Source: Methanotrichaceae archaeon
Lineage (GTDB): Archaea > Halobacteriota > Methanosarcinia > Methanotrichales > Methanotrichaceae
Direction: 5' to 3'
DNA length: 64,000 bases
NCBI GenBank assembly: GCA_963748825.1
Contig: CAVVKN010000022.1
Coordinates: 64,001-128,000 of the forward strand
The position numbers were made by a program, and so were the translations under genes. The notes under the pieces were generated by a model. It worked only from the letters and a program-made list of their open reading frames with translations. It searched no databases and was not told where the DNA came from. Below, in pieces: positions 41,401-53,589 of this stretch. Positions within the stretch are counted from its first letter, which is position 1. Every line of letters begins with the position of its first letter.

Positions 41401-43311
41401 ATGGGAGACGAATTAACGGAAGAAATCAAAAGCAAATGGCCTAGCAAGTTCCGGGAGCAGGAGCGCTTCATTTTTCAGGAAATTCGCCCAGGCAACCGGA
41501 TATTCGTGGGCACGGGCTGTGGCGAGCCTCAGTATCTGGTCAGCTCTCTGCTCAATTTCGTCAAGAACCAGCCCAAGGCCTTCCTGGATGCCGAGCTGAT
41601 CAACATAGTTACCCTGGGTGTGGCACCCTACACGGACGAAAAGTTCAAAGACAACTTCCGGCTCAACTCCTTCTTCATTGGAGACAACACCCGAAAGGCC
41701 GTAAACCAGGGCGGGGCCGACTACACACCTATCTTTCTCTCTCAACTACCGGCGCTGATCCGATCGGAGAGGATACCTCTTGATGTGGCCCTCATCCAGA
41801 CCACGCCCCCCGACAAGGACGGCAACATGAACCTGGGCGTCAGCGTGGATATCGTTCGAGCGGCAGTGGAGAAGGCCGGAATTGTGATCGCCCAGCCCAA
41901 CTCCTACATGCCTGTTGTGGAAGGGGACGGCTGGATCAGCATGGATGACGTCGACTATATCATTGCAAAAGATGAGCCCCTGCTGGAGTACATCGAGGAT
42001 GTGCCTGGCGATATTGCTCAGAAGATCGGAAGGTACGTATCCCGCATCGTGGAAGACGGCTCTACCATCCAGGTAGGATACGGCAGCATTCCCAATGCAA
42101 TTGTCTCCTGTCTGCAAGGAAAAGAGCATCTGGGTGTGCACACGGAACTGCTTAACGACGGCATTGCAGGACTGATGGAAGATGGAATAATAGACAACAG
42201 CCAAAAGAGCATCAATCCAGGCAAGAGCATTGCCACCTTCTGCATGGGCCGGCGCCATACCTTCGATTTCCTGAGGGAGAGGAGCTCGATAGAGTTTCGC
42301 ACTATCGACTACACAAATAATCCACTCATCATTGCTCAGAACAGGAAGATGACGGCCATCAACAGCGCTCTGGAAGTCGATCTCACCGGGCAGGCCACGG
42401 CTGAGTCGCTGGGGCACAGCTTTTACAGCGGCATCGGCGGCCAGGCAGACTTCATGCGCGGAGCGGCCCTTGCCCCTGATGGAAAGACCATTCTCGCCCT
42501 GCCCTCCACAGCGCAAAGCATGGGACTGGATGCATCTCCAAGAGGACCGCTTGTCTCCCGGATTGTGCCCTTCCTGAAGGAGGGGGCGGGAGTGACCTTA
42601 ACGAGGGGCGATATTCACTATGTCGTCACAGAATACGGCATCGCCTACTTGCACGGCAAGAGCATTCGAGAGAGGGCCATGGACCTCATCTCCATTGCCA
42701 ATCCCAGCTTCCGGCTCTGGCTGATAGAGGAGGCAAAGAGGCTGCATCTCATTTATCCCGATCAGGCCTTCATTCCCGGCATAAAAGGCGAGTACCCCGA
42801 GGATCTGGAGGTTCAGAAGACCACCCGCACCGGTCTGCAGCTGCTCTTGCGGCCGATCAAGATCAGTGATGAGCCGCTGCTCAAGGATTTCTTTTACTCT
42901 CTATCCGATGAAAGCATGTATCAGAGGTTCATCTCCGCCAGGAGAGACATTCCCCATGAATTGCTGCAAAAGTTTGTGGCGGTAGACTACTTCCAAAAGA
43001 TGGTACTGGTAGCCGTAAGAGAAGAGGATGAAAGGGAGTCGATCTGCGGACTGGGCCAGTATGCCTTGAACAACGATATGTACACGGCAGACGTAGCTTT
43101 GGTGGTGAGGGACGACTGCCAGAAAAAGGGCGTGGCCGGAGAGCTGCTCAGCTATCTGACTTATCTTGCCAAGAAACAGGGGCTCCTGGGCTTCACGGCC
43201 GAGGTTCTGGTCGGAAATGAGCCAGTCTTCCGGCTCTTCAAAAAAATGGGATTTGACGTGAGCAAGAGAAACGAGGAGGGCGTCTACGAGATGAAGGCCA
43301 TGTTTCGATGA
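41401..43311 (+). CDS. Acetyl-CoA hydrolase/CoA-transferase fused to a C-terminal GNAT domain
   Basis: GCGEP, LGVHTE, SGIGGQADF, VVTEYG; then LRPIKISDE...VVRDDCQKKGVA. Confidence 0.9.
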   Translation: MGDELTEEIKSKWPSKFREQERFIFQEIRPGNRIFVGTGCGEPQYLVSSLLNFVKNQPKAFLDAELINIVTLGVAPYTDEKFKDNFRLNSFFIGDNTRKAVNQGGADYTPIFLSQLPALIRSERIPLDVALIQTTPPDKDGNMNLGVSVDIVRAAVEKAGIVIAQPNSYMPVVEGDGWISMDDVDYIIAKDEPLLEYIEDVPGDIAQKIGRYVSRIVEDGSTIQVGYGSIPNAIVSCLQGKEHLGVHTELLNDGIAGLMEDGIIDNSQKSINPGKSIATFCMGRRHTFDFLRERSSIEFRTIDYTNNPLIIAQNRKMTAINSALEVDLTGQATAESLGHSFYSGIGGQADFMRGAALAPDGKTILALPSTAQSMGLDASPRGPLVSRIVPFLKEGAGVTLTRGDIHYVVTEYGIAYLHGKSIRERAMDLISIANPSFRLWLIEEAKRLHLIYPDQAFIPGIKGEYPEDLEVQKTTRTGLQLLLRPIKISDEPLLKDFFYSLSDESMYQRFISARRDIPHELLQKFVAVDYFQKMVLVAVREEDERESICGLGQYALNNDMYTADVALVVRDDCQKKGVAGELLSYLTYLAKKQGLLGFTAEVLVGNEPVFRLFKKMGFDVSKRNEEGVYEMKAMFR

Positions 43312-43425
43312 TATTTATTTCCTATCACCAATCTTCTTGGCCTTTTTGACCCTCCTTGTGCAGGCGGGCCTCGTTTTCCAGGGCGTCGGTCCGCGCATGT
43401 CGTCTTAAAAGTTATATTATTATCA

Positions 43426-43647
43426 TTATGCGGAAATCCAATCCGCGCGGGAGATCCCAGCATCTTTTAAAATTGTTTTAATGAGACTTACATCTACGTC
43501 CTCGCCTTGATGCGGATTTGGCAAGATGATAACAGTGTCTCCGATGACCATGTAAGGGTGCTTGCTGCCATGGTGCGGTCCTTCCAATCCCAGCTTCTTC
43601 AGCTTCTTAATGAGGACTCGATAAGGAACGGGAATTATTCTACACAA
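43426..43647 (-). CDS. hicA: HicA family toxin
   Basis: LIKKLKKLG..GPHHGSKHPYM...LPNPH...ILKDAGIS; probable TTG start overlapping the hicB stop. Confidence 0.85.
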   Translation of the reverse strand: MCRIIPVPYRVLIKKLKKLGLEGPHHGSKHPYMVIGDTVIILPNPHQGEDVDVSLIKTILKDAGISRADWISA

Positions 43648-43891
43648 TGGCCATCGGCTCCTGAGAGACCCCGATCGCATAACCCTCAAGGGACGGAATG
43701 GCGAAGCCTCTTTGCAGACGAATGATAATCCATTCCTCAATGACCTCGATAAGATCTTCCCGGCATTTCTCAATAGTTTCGCCGGTGGCTATCACGCCAC
43801 GAAGACCTTCCACCGTGGCCATGTAGGTGCCATTTTCCAGGGATTCGTACTTCGCTCGCCCCAGAGCGGCTCCGATATACTCCGAGAACAT
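43640..43891 (-). CDS. hicB: HicB family antitoxin
   Basis: YIGAAL.RAKYE, GVIATGETIEKCREDLIEVIEEW. Confidence 0.85.
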   Translation of the reverse strand: MFSEYIGAALGRAKYESLENGTYMATVEGLRGVIATGETIEKCREDLIEVIEEWIIIRLQRGFAIPSLEGYAIGVSQEPMAIV

Positions 43892-44264
43892 GATGAGTTC
43901 TACTACTCGATGGGATTTAACTTTTATCGTTTGGTTTTGGTTTCATGAGGAGCCTTTTGCGCCGGCTGCGTCCTCCCACCAGTGTCCCCGCCCCGCTGGC
44001 TGCCAGCTCCTCCTGCATGGCCCGGAAAGAATCCCCCGGCAGGCGGGCCTCGTTTTCGAGGGCGGTGATATCCAGGCGCTCAACCTCAGCGGGCGCAAGC
44101 GCAATCTGTCCATTCAAGGGCTCAGTGGTTTGTCGTTTTGCAGGTCTTCCTCTTCTTGCCAACTGGGATGCATCTCCTGTATTCAAAGACAGAACAAGAG
44201 TATGTCAACTCTTCGCTTGACGTTGCCAAGATTGGGGGAGCGTTCCCTTAATTGTGTTTTTTAT

Positions 44265-44617
44265 TTAATAATCCTGAATATACCATCCCGTCAATATCTC
44301 GAAGGGTCTTTTTGCTAAATATAAGTGAGAATCGGATCTCTTCTCAATGCCGAATTGAATCTGCCCTTTGAGGATAGCGAGCCTCATCTTGGCTCTGGAA
44401 AAATCCCTTTCGTAGACCCATGAGCGATCTATTGTGGCGCTGCTCTGGCCTTTGCATTCCTCGCATTCATTTCCCATTCCCGCTTTGCCATTGATTCGCT
44501 GGGAAAGCACGGTTCCCGGCAGCGGGTGGGCAACCGTGAAGGAGAGATAATCGAGGGAAAGTGAGGTGGCAAACCTTATGGTCTTGAGCACTGTATCGTC
44601 AGTGTCTCCCGGGTAGT
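44265..44617 (-). pseudogene. Radical SAM protein C-terminal remnant
   Basis: YPGDTDDTVLKTIRFA..L.LDYLSFTVAHPLPGT with no N-terminal part. Confidence 0.65.
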
Positions 44618-44779
44618 TAGAACCGAAGTGGCAGAGTAGCCAAGCCTCCTCTTCCAGTGATCGATATACTTTTGGTTTGGGAACAGATGCCTGGCCGGAA
44701 ATGGTATCTGGTCCAGATGGGGCTGCAGATCCCTCTTTGGCGTCTGGATGGTAACGCCTTGTTGCGGATGTCGATAATC

Positions 44780-45589
44780 TTATCCGTAAGTCTCTCTAAT
44801 CAGTCCCAATGCCGATTCCTGCACCTGGTCCACAAATTTTGCAGGAACGTAGGATCTGGGCGTCTGCGAGCGGGCCAGGCAAATGAATTCCGGTTTGGCA
44901 ACGCTCTCCAGGACGCGCGAGACTCCAGCCAGCCTCTTTTTCATGACCTCATCCGGCGGACCTCTGTCGCCGTTTCCATACAGGCCGTCCAGATCAAAGC
45001 CTATCGCAGTGGGAAGAAGGCAATCTTGCAGATCCCTATGAAAATCATTCAGGGTTATCTTCCGGGGTGCAGGAAAGCTTTTGGCGCTCTGGCCCTTTAG
45101 CTGGATTAAGTCCTCATCCCAGACAATCCATTTGCCTTTTCTTTCATTTGGATGAGCGCTTCTCTCAGCTGTTCTGGGCGCGTCGATCATCTCTGATCCG
45201 GATACTCTTCCATAGGCATCTATTTGATTTTCCTGCGGATTGAAATGATATAGAGCCCCTACGACACTGTAGTGAAATCCGGGGCAGGTGAAATTGCCTT
45301 CGTTGATTTTTTCCCGGCAATAGTCCTGCAGGTAGGGCATTAGTCTTGCTATAAATTGGAACTTTTCCCTTCCTTCTCGGGCGGGCAGAGCCGGACAATA
45401 GTGGAACATGTCATGGTGGGCATCTATGCGTACTACTATCAGGCTACACTTATGGCGCAAGAATTCCTTGAACCAATACGGGACGACCTCGTTATGGGGA
45501 TCGATGATGACGATCTTTATTCCACCGATGAACAGCTCGACGGGGGAAAACCGGCAGGAACCTGGAGACACGGAAACCCTCCTGGGCAC
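44780..45589 (-). CDS. Arginase/UPF0489-like hypothetical protein
   Basis: DPHNEVVPYW, RIDAHHD, INEGNF, FDLDG; true start probably later. Confidence 0.6.
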   Translation of the reverse strand: MPRRVSVSPGSCRFSPVELFIGGIKIVIIDPHNEVVPYWFKEFLRHKCSLIVVRIDAHHDMFHYCPALPAREGREKFQFIARLMPYLQDYCREKINEGNFTCPGFHYSVVGALYHFNPQENQIDAYGRVSGSEMIDAPRTAERSAHPNERKGKWIVWDEDLIQLKGQSAKSFPAPRKITLNDFHRDLQDCLLPTAIGFDLDGLYGNGDRGPPDEVMKKRLAGVSRVLESVAKPEFICLARSQTPRSYVPAKFVDQVQESALGLIRETYG

Positions 45590-45753
45590 AGAGGCGGGGC
45601 GATTCTGTTATCAATTCCAAGCTTTGCTTTGCTAACTATTATTAGTGTATATTGTGGTCCTCTAAACTTAATAAATTTAACGCATGTTCACTGCCTATTC
45701 ACTCGACAATGATATGATGTTGAAGATCCAAGCGTTGAGCGAGGAGATGTTAA

Positions 45754-46224
45754 ATGAGATCTCGTAACAGTCTAATTCTTGCATTGCTCTCTGCCTCGAT
45801 TATCATCTGGCTGGGGGCAGCCCAGTGCAGCGTCGTCATCAATGAGGTGGAGGCAAACCCGGCTGGGGATGAAGATGCCTTCAAGACCCCCATAATGGCA
45901 TGGTTTGAGCTTTATAATAATGACGACAAAGAGGTGGATATCAGCGGGTGGAGCATAAATAACTCAGAAGGAAGATCTATGACACTTCCTCAGGGTGCTG
46001 TCATTAGAGGTTTGGATTATTACGTGCTGGATATGAGGTCCAAATGGCTGGATCACAGCGGAGAGGTTCTGGTGCTTCAGAATGCCACCGGGGCAGAGGT
46101 GGACCGGACGGCAGTTCTCAACGATGGAGAGGATAATGAAGGTGCCTGGACACGAGATCCGGATGGGAGGGACACCAACAGCACGGATGACTGGAAGTTC
46201 CTGGCCAGCAGTCGTGGATTTTGA
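45754..46224 (+). CDS. Lamin-tail-domain secreted protein
   Basis: VVINEVEANP, FELYN....VDISGW, EVDRT, RDPDGRDT. Confidence 0.85.
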   Translation: MRSRNSLILALLSASIIIWLGAAQCSVVINEVEANPAGDEDAFKTPIMAWFELYNNDDKEVDISGWSINNSEGRSMTLPQGAVIRGLDYYVLDMRSKWLDHSGEVLVLQNATGAEVDRTAVLNDGEDNEGAWTRDPDGRDTNSTDDWKFLASSRGF

Positions 46225-46778
46225 TGGGATACGAGATCTCGCTCAAATTGGCCTGGGATGAGCTGGACCGGCTCGCTTTGCAGGATTGCACCGTCTCCTT
46301 CCTGGGAGAAAATTACCAGTTGAGAGCAGGCGAAAGAGCAGTGCTGCAGCTCTCCGGCGCTCCTGCAGGGGAAATGGAAGCTGTACTCATTTTGCACTAC
46401 CTGATCGGCCTTTTGAAGCACGGCTTTCACACTACGGGCGAGTGGATCTCTTTCAAAGAGACCAAAGGCGGCAAGCTCTTCTGGCCTGCCTTCCAGGAGA
46501 GCTGCATCAAGCCGCTTGTGCAGAGCTTTCAGCGGGACCCGGAGGGCCTGATGCGGAATTTGTCGGCGCGCCTGGGAGGCAGAAGGGTAGAGGGCGGGGA
46601 TGTGGCTGTGGAACTGGCCACGTTTCCTGAGGTCCACGTCCGAATGCTCTTCTGGAAAGGGGACGAGGAGCTGCCGCCCGAGGCGAGCATGCTCTTTGAC
46701 CGGGGACTGACCGAAATCTACAGCACGGAGGATGTGGCGGTGCTTCTCATGGCTGTAGTGCAAAGGGCAATAAAATAA
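46224..46778 (+). CDS. DUF3786 domain protein
   Basis: LILHYL, EWISFKE..GG, W.GDEELPPEASMLFD, EDVAV. Confidence 0.85.
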   Translation: MGYEISLKLAWDELDRLALQDCTVSFLGENYQLRAGERAVLQLSGAPAGEMEAVLILHYLIGLLKHGFHTTGEWISFKETKGGKLFWPAFQESCIKPLVQSFQRDPEGLMRNLSARLGGRRVEGGDVAVELATFPEVHVRMLFWKGDEELPPEASMLFDRGLTEIYSTEDVAVLLMAVVQRAIK

Positions 46779-46971
46779 GTCCTGGCTTTGTTTTAGTAGA
46801 GTGATTTTCTCCCACCCGCTGTTTCGACTTCTCGTCGAAACTCTCGCTGATCCGCGGTCAGCGATATTTGTCCTTCGCAATCCTACGAGTTAAAACCATA
46901 TGAATAACCCAAATAGTAGTAATAGATGGACAGAGAGTACTAATCGTCAAAAATATCATGGAATGAAATAA

Positions 46972-47754
46972 ATGAAAGGGAAATATACAATTATTGGAGC
47001 ACTGCTTTCCATAATGGCTTTAGCTCTGCTCCCCGGCGCGGTGTGTGCGGATGACGACATCCTATTCCAGGTATCCACCATAGATGCCCTGCTGCAGGGC
47101 GTTTTTGATGGCTTTTACACCTTCGATGATCTCAAGACACATGGCGATTTCGGCATAGGCACCTTCGATTCGCTCGATGGTGAGATGATCGCCCTGGACG
47201 GGCATTACTATCAGATTAAGGCGGACGGTGTGGCCTATCCGGTGCAGGGCAATATGACCTCGCCCTTTTCCACAGTGACCTACTTTCAAGCTGATCAAAC
47301 CATAGCAATTCAAAACGCCAGCAACTTCACAGAGCTTTCCCGTCAGTTAGATGAGCAGCTGCCCTCCAGGAATGCTTTCTATGCAGTGAGGATCGACGGG
47401 ACCTTCCCCTACATCAAGACCAGGAGTGTTCCCAAGCAGGAGAAGCCTTATCCACGTCTGGCTGATGCAGTCAAGAATCAATCGGTCTTCGAGTTTACCA
47501 ATGCCACCGGATCTGTGGTTGGTGTCTGGGCACCTGATTTTTCCAAGGGCCTCAACGTCCCAGGATACCATCTTCACTTCATAACCGCGGACAGAAAGGC
47601 AGGAGGGCATATCCTTGATCTTCAGGTTGATGAGGCCGAGGCCAAGGTGGACATCACGGCCGGATTTGCCATGCAGCTCCCCACAACGGGTGATTTCTAC
47701 AATGTCGATCTGACCCAGGATCTGCAATCCGAGCTTCAGAAGATTGAGAAATGA
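46972..47754 (+). CDS. budA: Alpha-acetolactate decarboxylase with signal peptide
   Basis: QVSTIDALL.G, HGDFGIGTF..LDGE, RSVP.Q.KPY, GYHLHF, GGH. Confidence 0.9.
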   Translation: MKGKYTIIGALLSIMALALLPGAVCADDDILFQVSTIDALLQGVFDGFYTFDDLKTHGDFGIGTFDSLDGEMIALDGHYYQIKADGVAYPVQGNMTSPFSTVTYFQADQTIAIQNASNFTELSRQLDEQLPSRNAFYAVRIDGTFPYIKTRSVPKQEKPYPRLADAVKNQSVFEFTNATGSVVGVWAPDFSKGLNVPGYHLHFITADRKAGGHILDLQVDEAEAKVDITAGFAMQLPTTGDFYNVDLTQDLQSELQKIEK

Positions 47755-47814
47755 GGGGCAAAGTGCAATAGTTGGCACAATTTTTTTATTATTGGGCAAG
47801 ATGATGCAGCTTCT

Positions 47815-49354
47815 GAACATGCTCAATAGGCTGTGGAGGACTTGCTCCGCATAAGGAGTTGGGACAACCTTGGCATCGAGTAGCTCCCAGATATAATATC
47901 CAGAATATACTCGAAATAGCTAACTCCTTGCTTTCTGCATGTGTCAAGGATAGTCAATTGATTCTCCCAAGCGGCCTTGCCGGATTCGCTTCGAGTTCCG
48001 TAGCTGATCTTCCTCTTGATCACGCCTTCCCGCACAGCTATCTCGGAACCGTTGTTATGTAACGGCAGCTCAGGATAGATCAGTACCTTCAGTAACCTAT
48101 CCTTTCGCTTTCTCGTCGATGCTATTGTTTCATCCAGCATCACATAACCTGTTTTGGCTGTGGGCGAGAAGATGAAATCAAAGAACCACTCAAGATATAC
48201 CCCAAAACCACAATCAGGATTCTCTTTAAAATCCGCCAGCAGTTCATAATAGTGCCATAGCCGATCGATAAAACCACTCAGCAGAGTTCTATGTTGTTCG
48301 AGAACGGGTGTTAGTTTCCTATAATGCCGTATCTCATGTATCCAGCATAACCCCTGCTTTGAAGATATGGAATGGAATTGCTGGGCAGCATCCGAAACCA
48401 TTGGCTTGTCTATTTGCTCGCCTTCTTTTAATCCGAAAATGGATCTCAAATCATCTTTGCTTTTTCCACCTAGAATGAAGAACGAGCCGAACTGATCATT
48501 GCACACCACGTCCAGATAATGATTTTTCCCTGCGTGCCTGGCACCAGTGTCATCTATCTGAAAGTAATCTGCGTTCGCCATACCGGTTTTGAATATCGCA
48601 TTTTTTTCGGCGGTAAATTCTTCGCGCTTCTCTTCGATCATGATGTTTGAGATCGTGCCTTCAGAGATGATGGTGCCGATGCTCTCAAAGATCTTCTGGA
48701 TTTTGTTCTCGGTTACTCTTCCCAGGTTATGGAGGGTGATCGCGAATGCTTTCAGGCGGCTTCCAAAACTGGTCCCTTGCAGATCCTTTGGAAGTTTCGC
48801 TTCGAAGGTCTTTTTTAAGGAAGGCGAATAGAATCGCTCAAGAAGGCACTCCGTGTTGCATGTTTTAAATGTAATGTCTTGAATAACTACGCTGCGAAAA
48901 CCCTTTGGAATCGCATCATCTGGAAGAATGCTCCTTTCGACGCAGAACTTCTGAATGCGATCTATCTTGACTCTGGTTATTTTGGCTTCCTTTTTCCAGG
49001 GTTTGGATTTACCTACTTGATGATTGGGTTTGTCACGAGGAATATCAGGAACGTTTGGCAGTATCTTTGGTTTGCCTTTTTCATCTTTCAAACGCGCGAC
49101 TTCATCTCGAAGTTGCTGAATCTCCTCTTTGAGCTTTTTTATGATATGGTCTTGAACTTCAATTATATCTGAGGGATTACGAGATAGAGCCAGTATCTTA
49201 TCTAGATGCTTTAGATCAAGATGGTCGGCATTCAAGTGCGATACGTCCTGCTCTATACTTCCATTCACATATTTATGTTAGATACTATTACTATTTATAA
49301 TTTTACTATATTGGCTTGGTTTAAATCTGTATCCACATGATATTGAGCATGTTC
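47815..49354 (-). mobile_element. IS66-family (single-ORF, ISBst12-like) insertion sequence
   Basis: 14-bp perfect TIR GAACATGCTCAATA (47815-47828 and 49341-49354), 8-bp TSD CAGCTTCT (47807-47814 and 49355-49362). Confidence 0.9.
47823..49268 (-). CDS. IS66-type DDE transposase
   Basis: Coiled-coil N-terminus, IDDTG, VSD, LCWIHEIRH, LHNNGSEIAVR...KRKISYGTRS. Confidence 0.9.
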   Translation of the reverse strand: MNGSIEQDVSHLNADHLDLKHLDKILALSRNPSDIIEVQDHIIKKLKEEIQQLRDEVARLKDEKGKPKILPNVPDIPRDKPNHQVGKSKPWKKEAKITRVKIDRIQKFCVERSILPDDAIPKGFRSVVIQDITFKTCNTECLLERFYSPSLKKTFEAKLPKDLQGTSFGSRLKAFAITLHNLGRVTENKIQKIFESIGTIISEGTISNIMIEEKREEFTAEKNAIFKTGMANADYFQIDDTGARHAGKNHYLDVVCNDQFGSFFILGGKSKDDLRSIFGLKEGEQIDKPMVSDAAQQFHSISSKQGLCWIHEIRHYRKLTPVLEQHRTLLSGFIDRLWHYYELLADFKENPDCGFGVYLEWFFDFIFSPTAKTGYVMLDETIASTRKRKDRLLKVLIYPELPLHNNGSEIAVREGVIKRKISYGTRSESGKAAWENQLTILDTCRKQGVSYFEYILDIISGSYSMPRLSQLLMRSKSSTAY

Positions 49355-49566
49355 CAGCTTCTCGTGGAAATAATCGCAATCACCGGGGTCAACTGTCACT
49401 CGTGACAGTCTTTTGAGGATTTCGAAAACCATTAAAGCCAGTTGTGTCTTTTCTTCTGGAAACAGTTCAAATTCAAACCCGTCTCAAAAAGATGGCCTGA
49501 AAAGGATTAAGTCCTTCCTCCTCCCAAGGCTTATAATCGACCATAAAAACCCACGAGATAAGCGAA

Positions 49567-52497
<2,931 letters not shown>

Positions 52498-52561
52498 CTT
52501 CTGCTCTCCAACCGCTATGCTAAATATCATGTAGCAGCTTCGCTAAAATCAGGATGCTAAA

Positions 52562-53092
52562 ATGACCCGAATAATCGCTTTATCCGATACTCATCTAGAG
52601 AATGAGAAGCTTCCTCCCGCTGTGGCAGCGCTTGCCAGCAAAGCGGATCTCATCCTTCACGCCGGCGATTTCGTCTCCACGCAGTGCCACGCCGCCCTGG
52701 CGGCCCTGGGCCAGTTGGAGGCTGTGCATGGAAACTCGGATTGCTACGAGCTGAAGAAGCTCCTGCCAGAGAGAAAGGTGATCGAGGTGGAGGGGATCAG
52801 AATCGGCCTCGTGCACATGGCCTCGCACGGCCAAGATCTGGTGGGGGCGGAGATGATGGCAAGGGAGATGGATGTACAGGTGCTGGTCTTCGGGCATATC
52901 CATCGCCCTCTCATCGAGAAGGGCAAGCTACTCCTCATTTGCCCAGGCAGCACCACGCTTCCCCGCATGTCGGCGCCTTCTGTTGCCGAGCTGGAGATTG
53001 TGGACGGCAATGTGAGGGGCAATATCATTCCTGTGGGAAGCCCTGCCTGCAATTATCTCAAGTTCGCCGGGGAGCTGGCGAGAAAGGGCTAG
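52562..53092 (+). CDS. YfcE/MJ0936 family metallophosphoesterase
   Basis: SDTH, HAGD, GNSD, FGHIH, PGS. Confidence 0.9.
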   Translation: MTRIIALSDTHLENEKLPPAVAALASKADLILHAGDFVSTQCHAALAALGQLEAVHGNSDCYELKKLLPERKVIEVEGIRIGLVHMASHGQDLVGAEMMAREMDVQVLVFGHIHRPLIEKGKLLLICPGSTTLPRMSAPSVAELEIVDGNVRGNIIPVGSPACNYLKFAGELARKG

Positions 53093-53094
53093 AA

Positions 53095-53257
53095 CCTCGT
53101 CCCCTGCCCACTGGCAGGAATACCACTCTGCCCAGGATGTCGGCGCCTTCGGTGGCCGAGCTGGAGAATAGTGGACCGCAATGTGCGGGGCAATATAATT
53201 CCTGTGGGAAGCCCAGCCTGCAATTATCTGAAGTTCGCCGAGGAGCTGGCAGAAAGA
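53095..53257 (+). repeat. Orphan diverged tandem copy of the phosphoesterase 3' end
   Basis: Aligns with ~52932-53087 (TTLPRMSAPSVAELE...CNYLKFA) with indels. Confidence 0.9.
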
Positions 53258-53300
53258 GAAAAGCACAAGGATTCAAAAAATAGGATTAAAAAATTTCAAT

Positions 53301-53580
53301 TCATGCGATCATTGGCGCGAAATCCGTAGCATTGACCACGAACCAGACGCTGTTGACATTCTGGCCGAGGACATCTCCCGGCTTTGTATCTTTGTAGTAG
53401 TAGTAAAGTGGCCATCCTCTGTAGGCTGTCTGCTCCTTTCCATCCGTTCTTATGGCTGCTGTGAATTCTGAGGCGTTCAGGCTTTCTGGTACGGAGATAT
53501 TCTCCGCGTAAAAGGGAGGCCAGGCTACCATGCATTTATCGCAGCAGGTGCTGCTACCGTTGCCGGGTGCATCTTTTCGG
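53301..53580 (-). pseudogene. 5'-truncated Lipoprotein_15 (COG4315) repeat protein
   Basis: KDAPGNGSSTC..KC..AWPPF, RTDGKEQTAY.GWPLYYY.KD.KPGD.LGQ. Confidence 0.75.
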
Positions 53581-53589
53581 CAATTGTTT

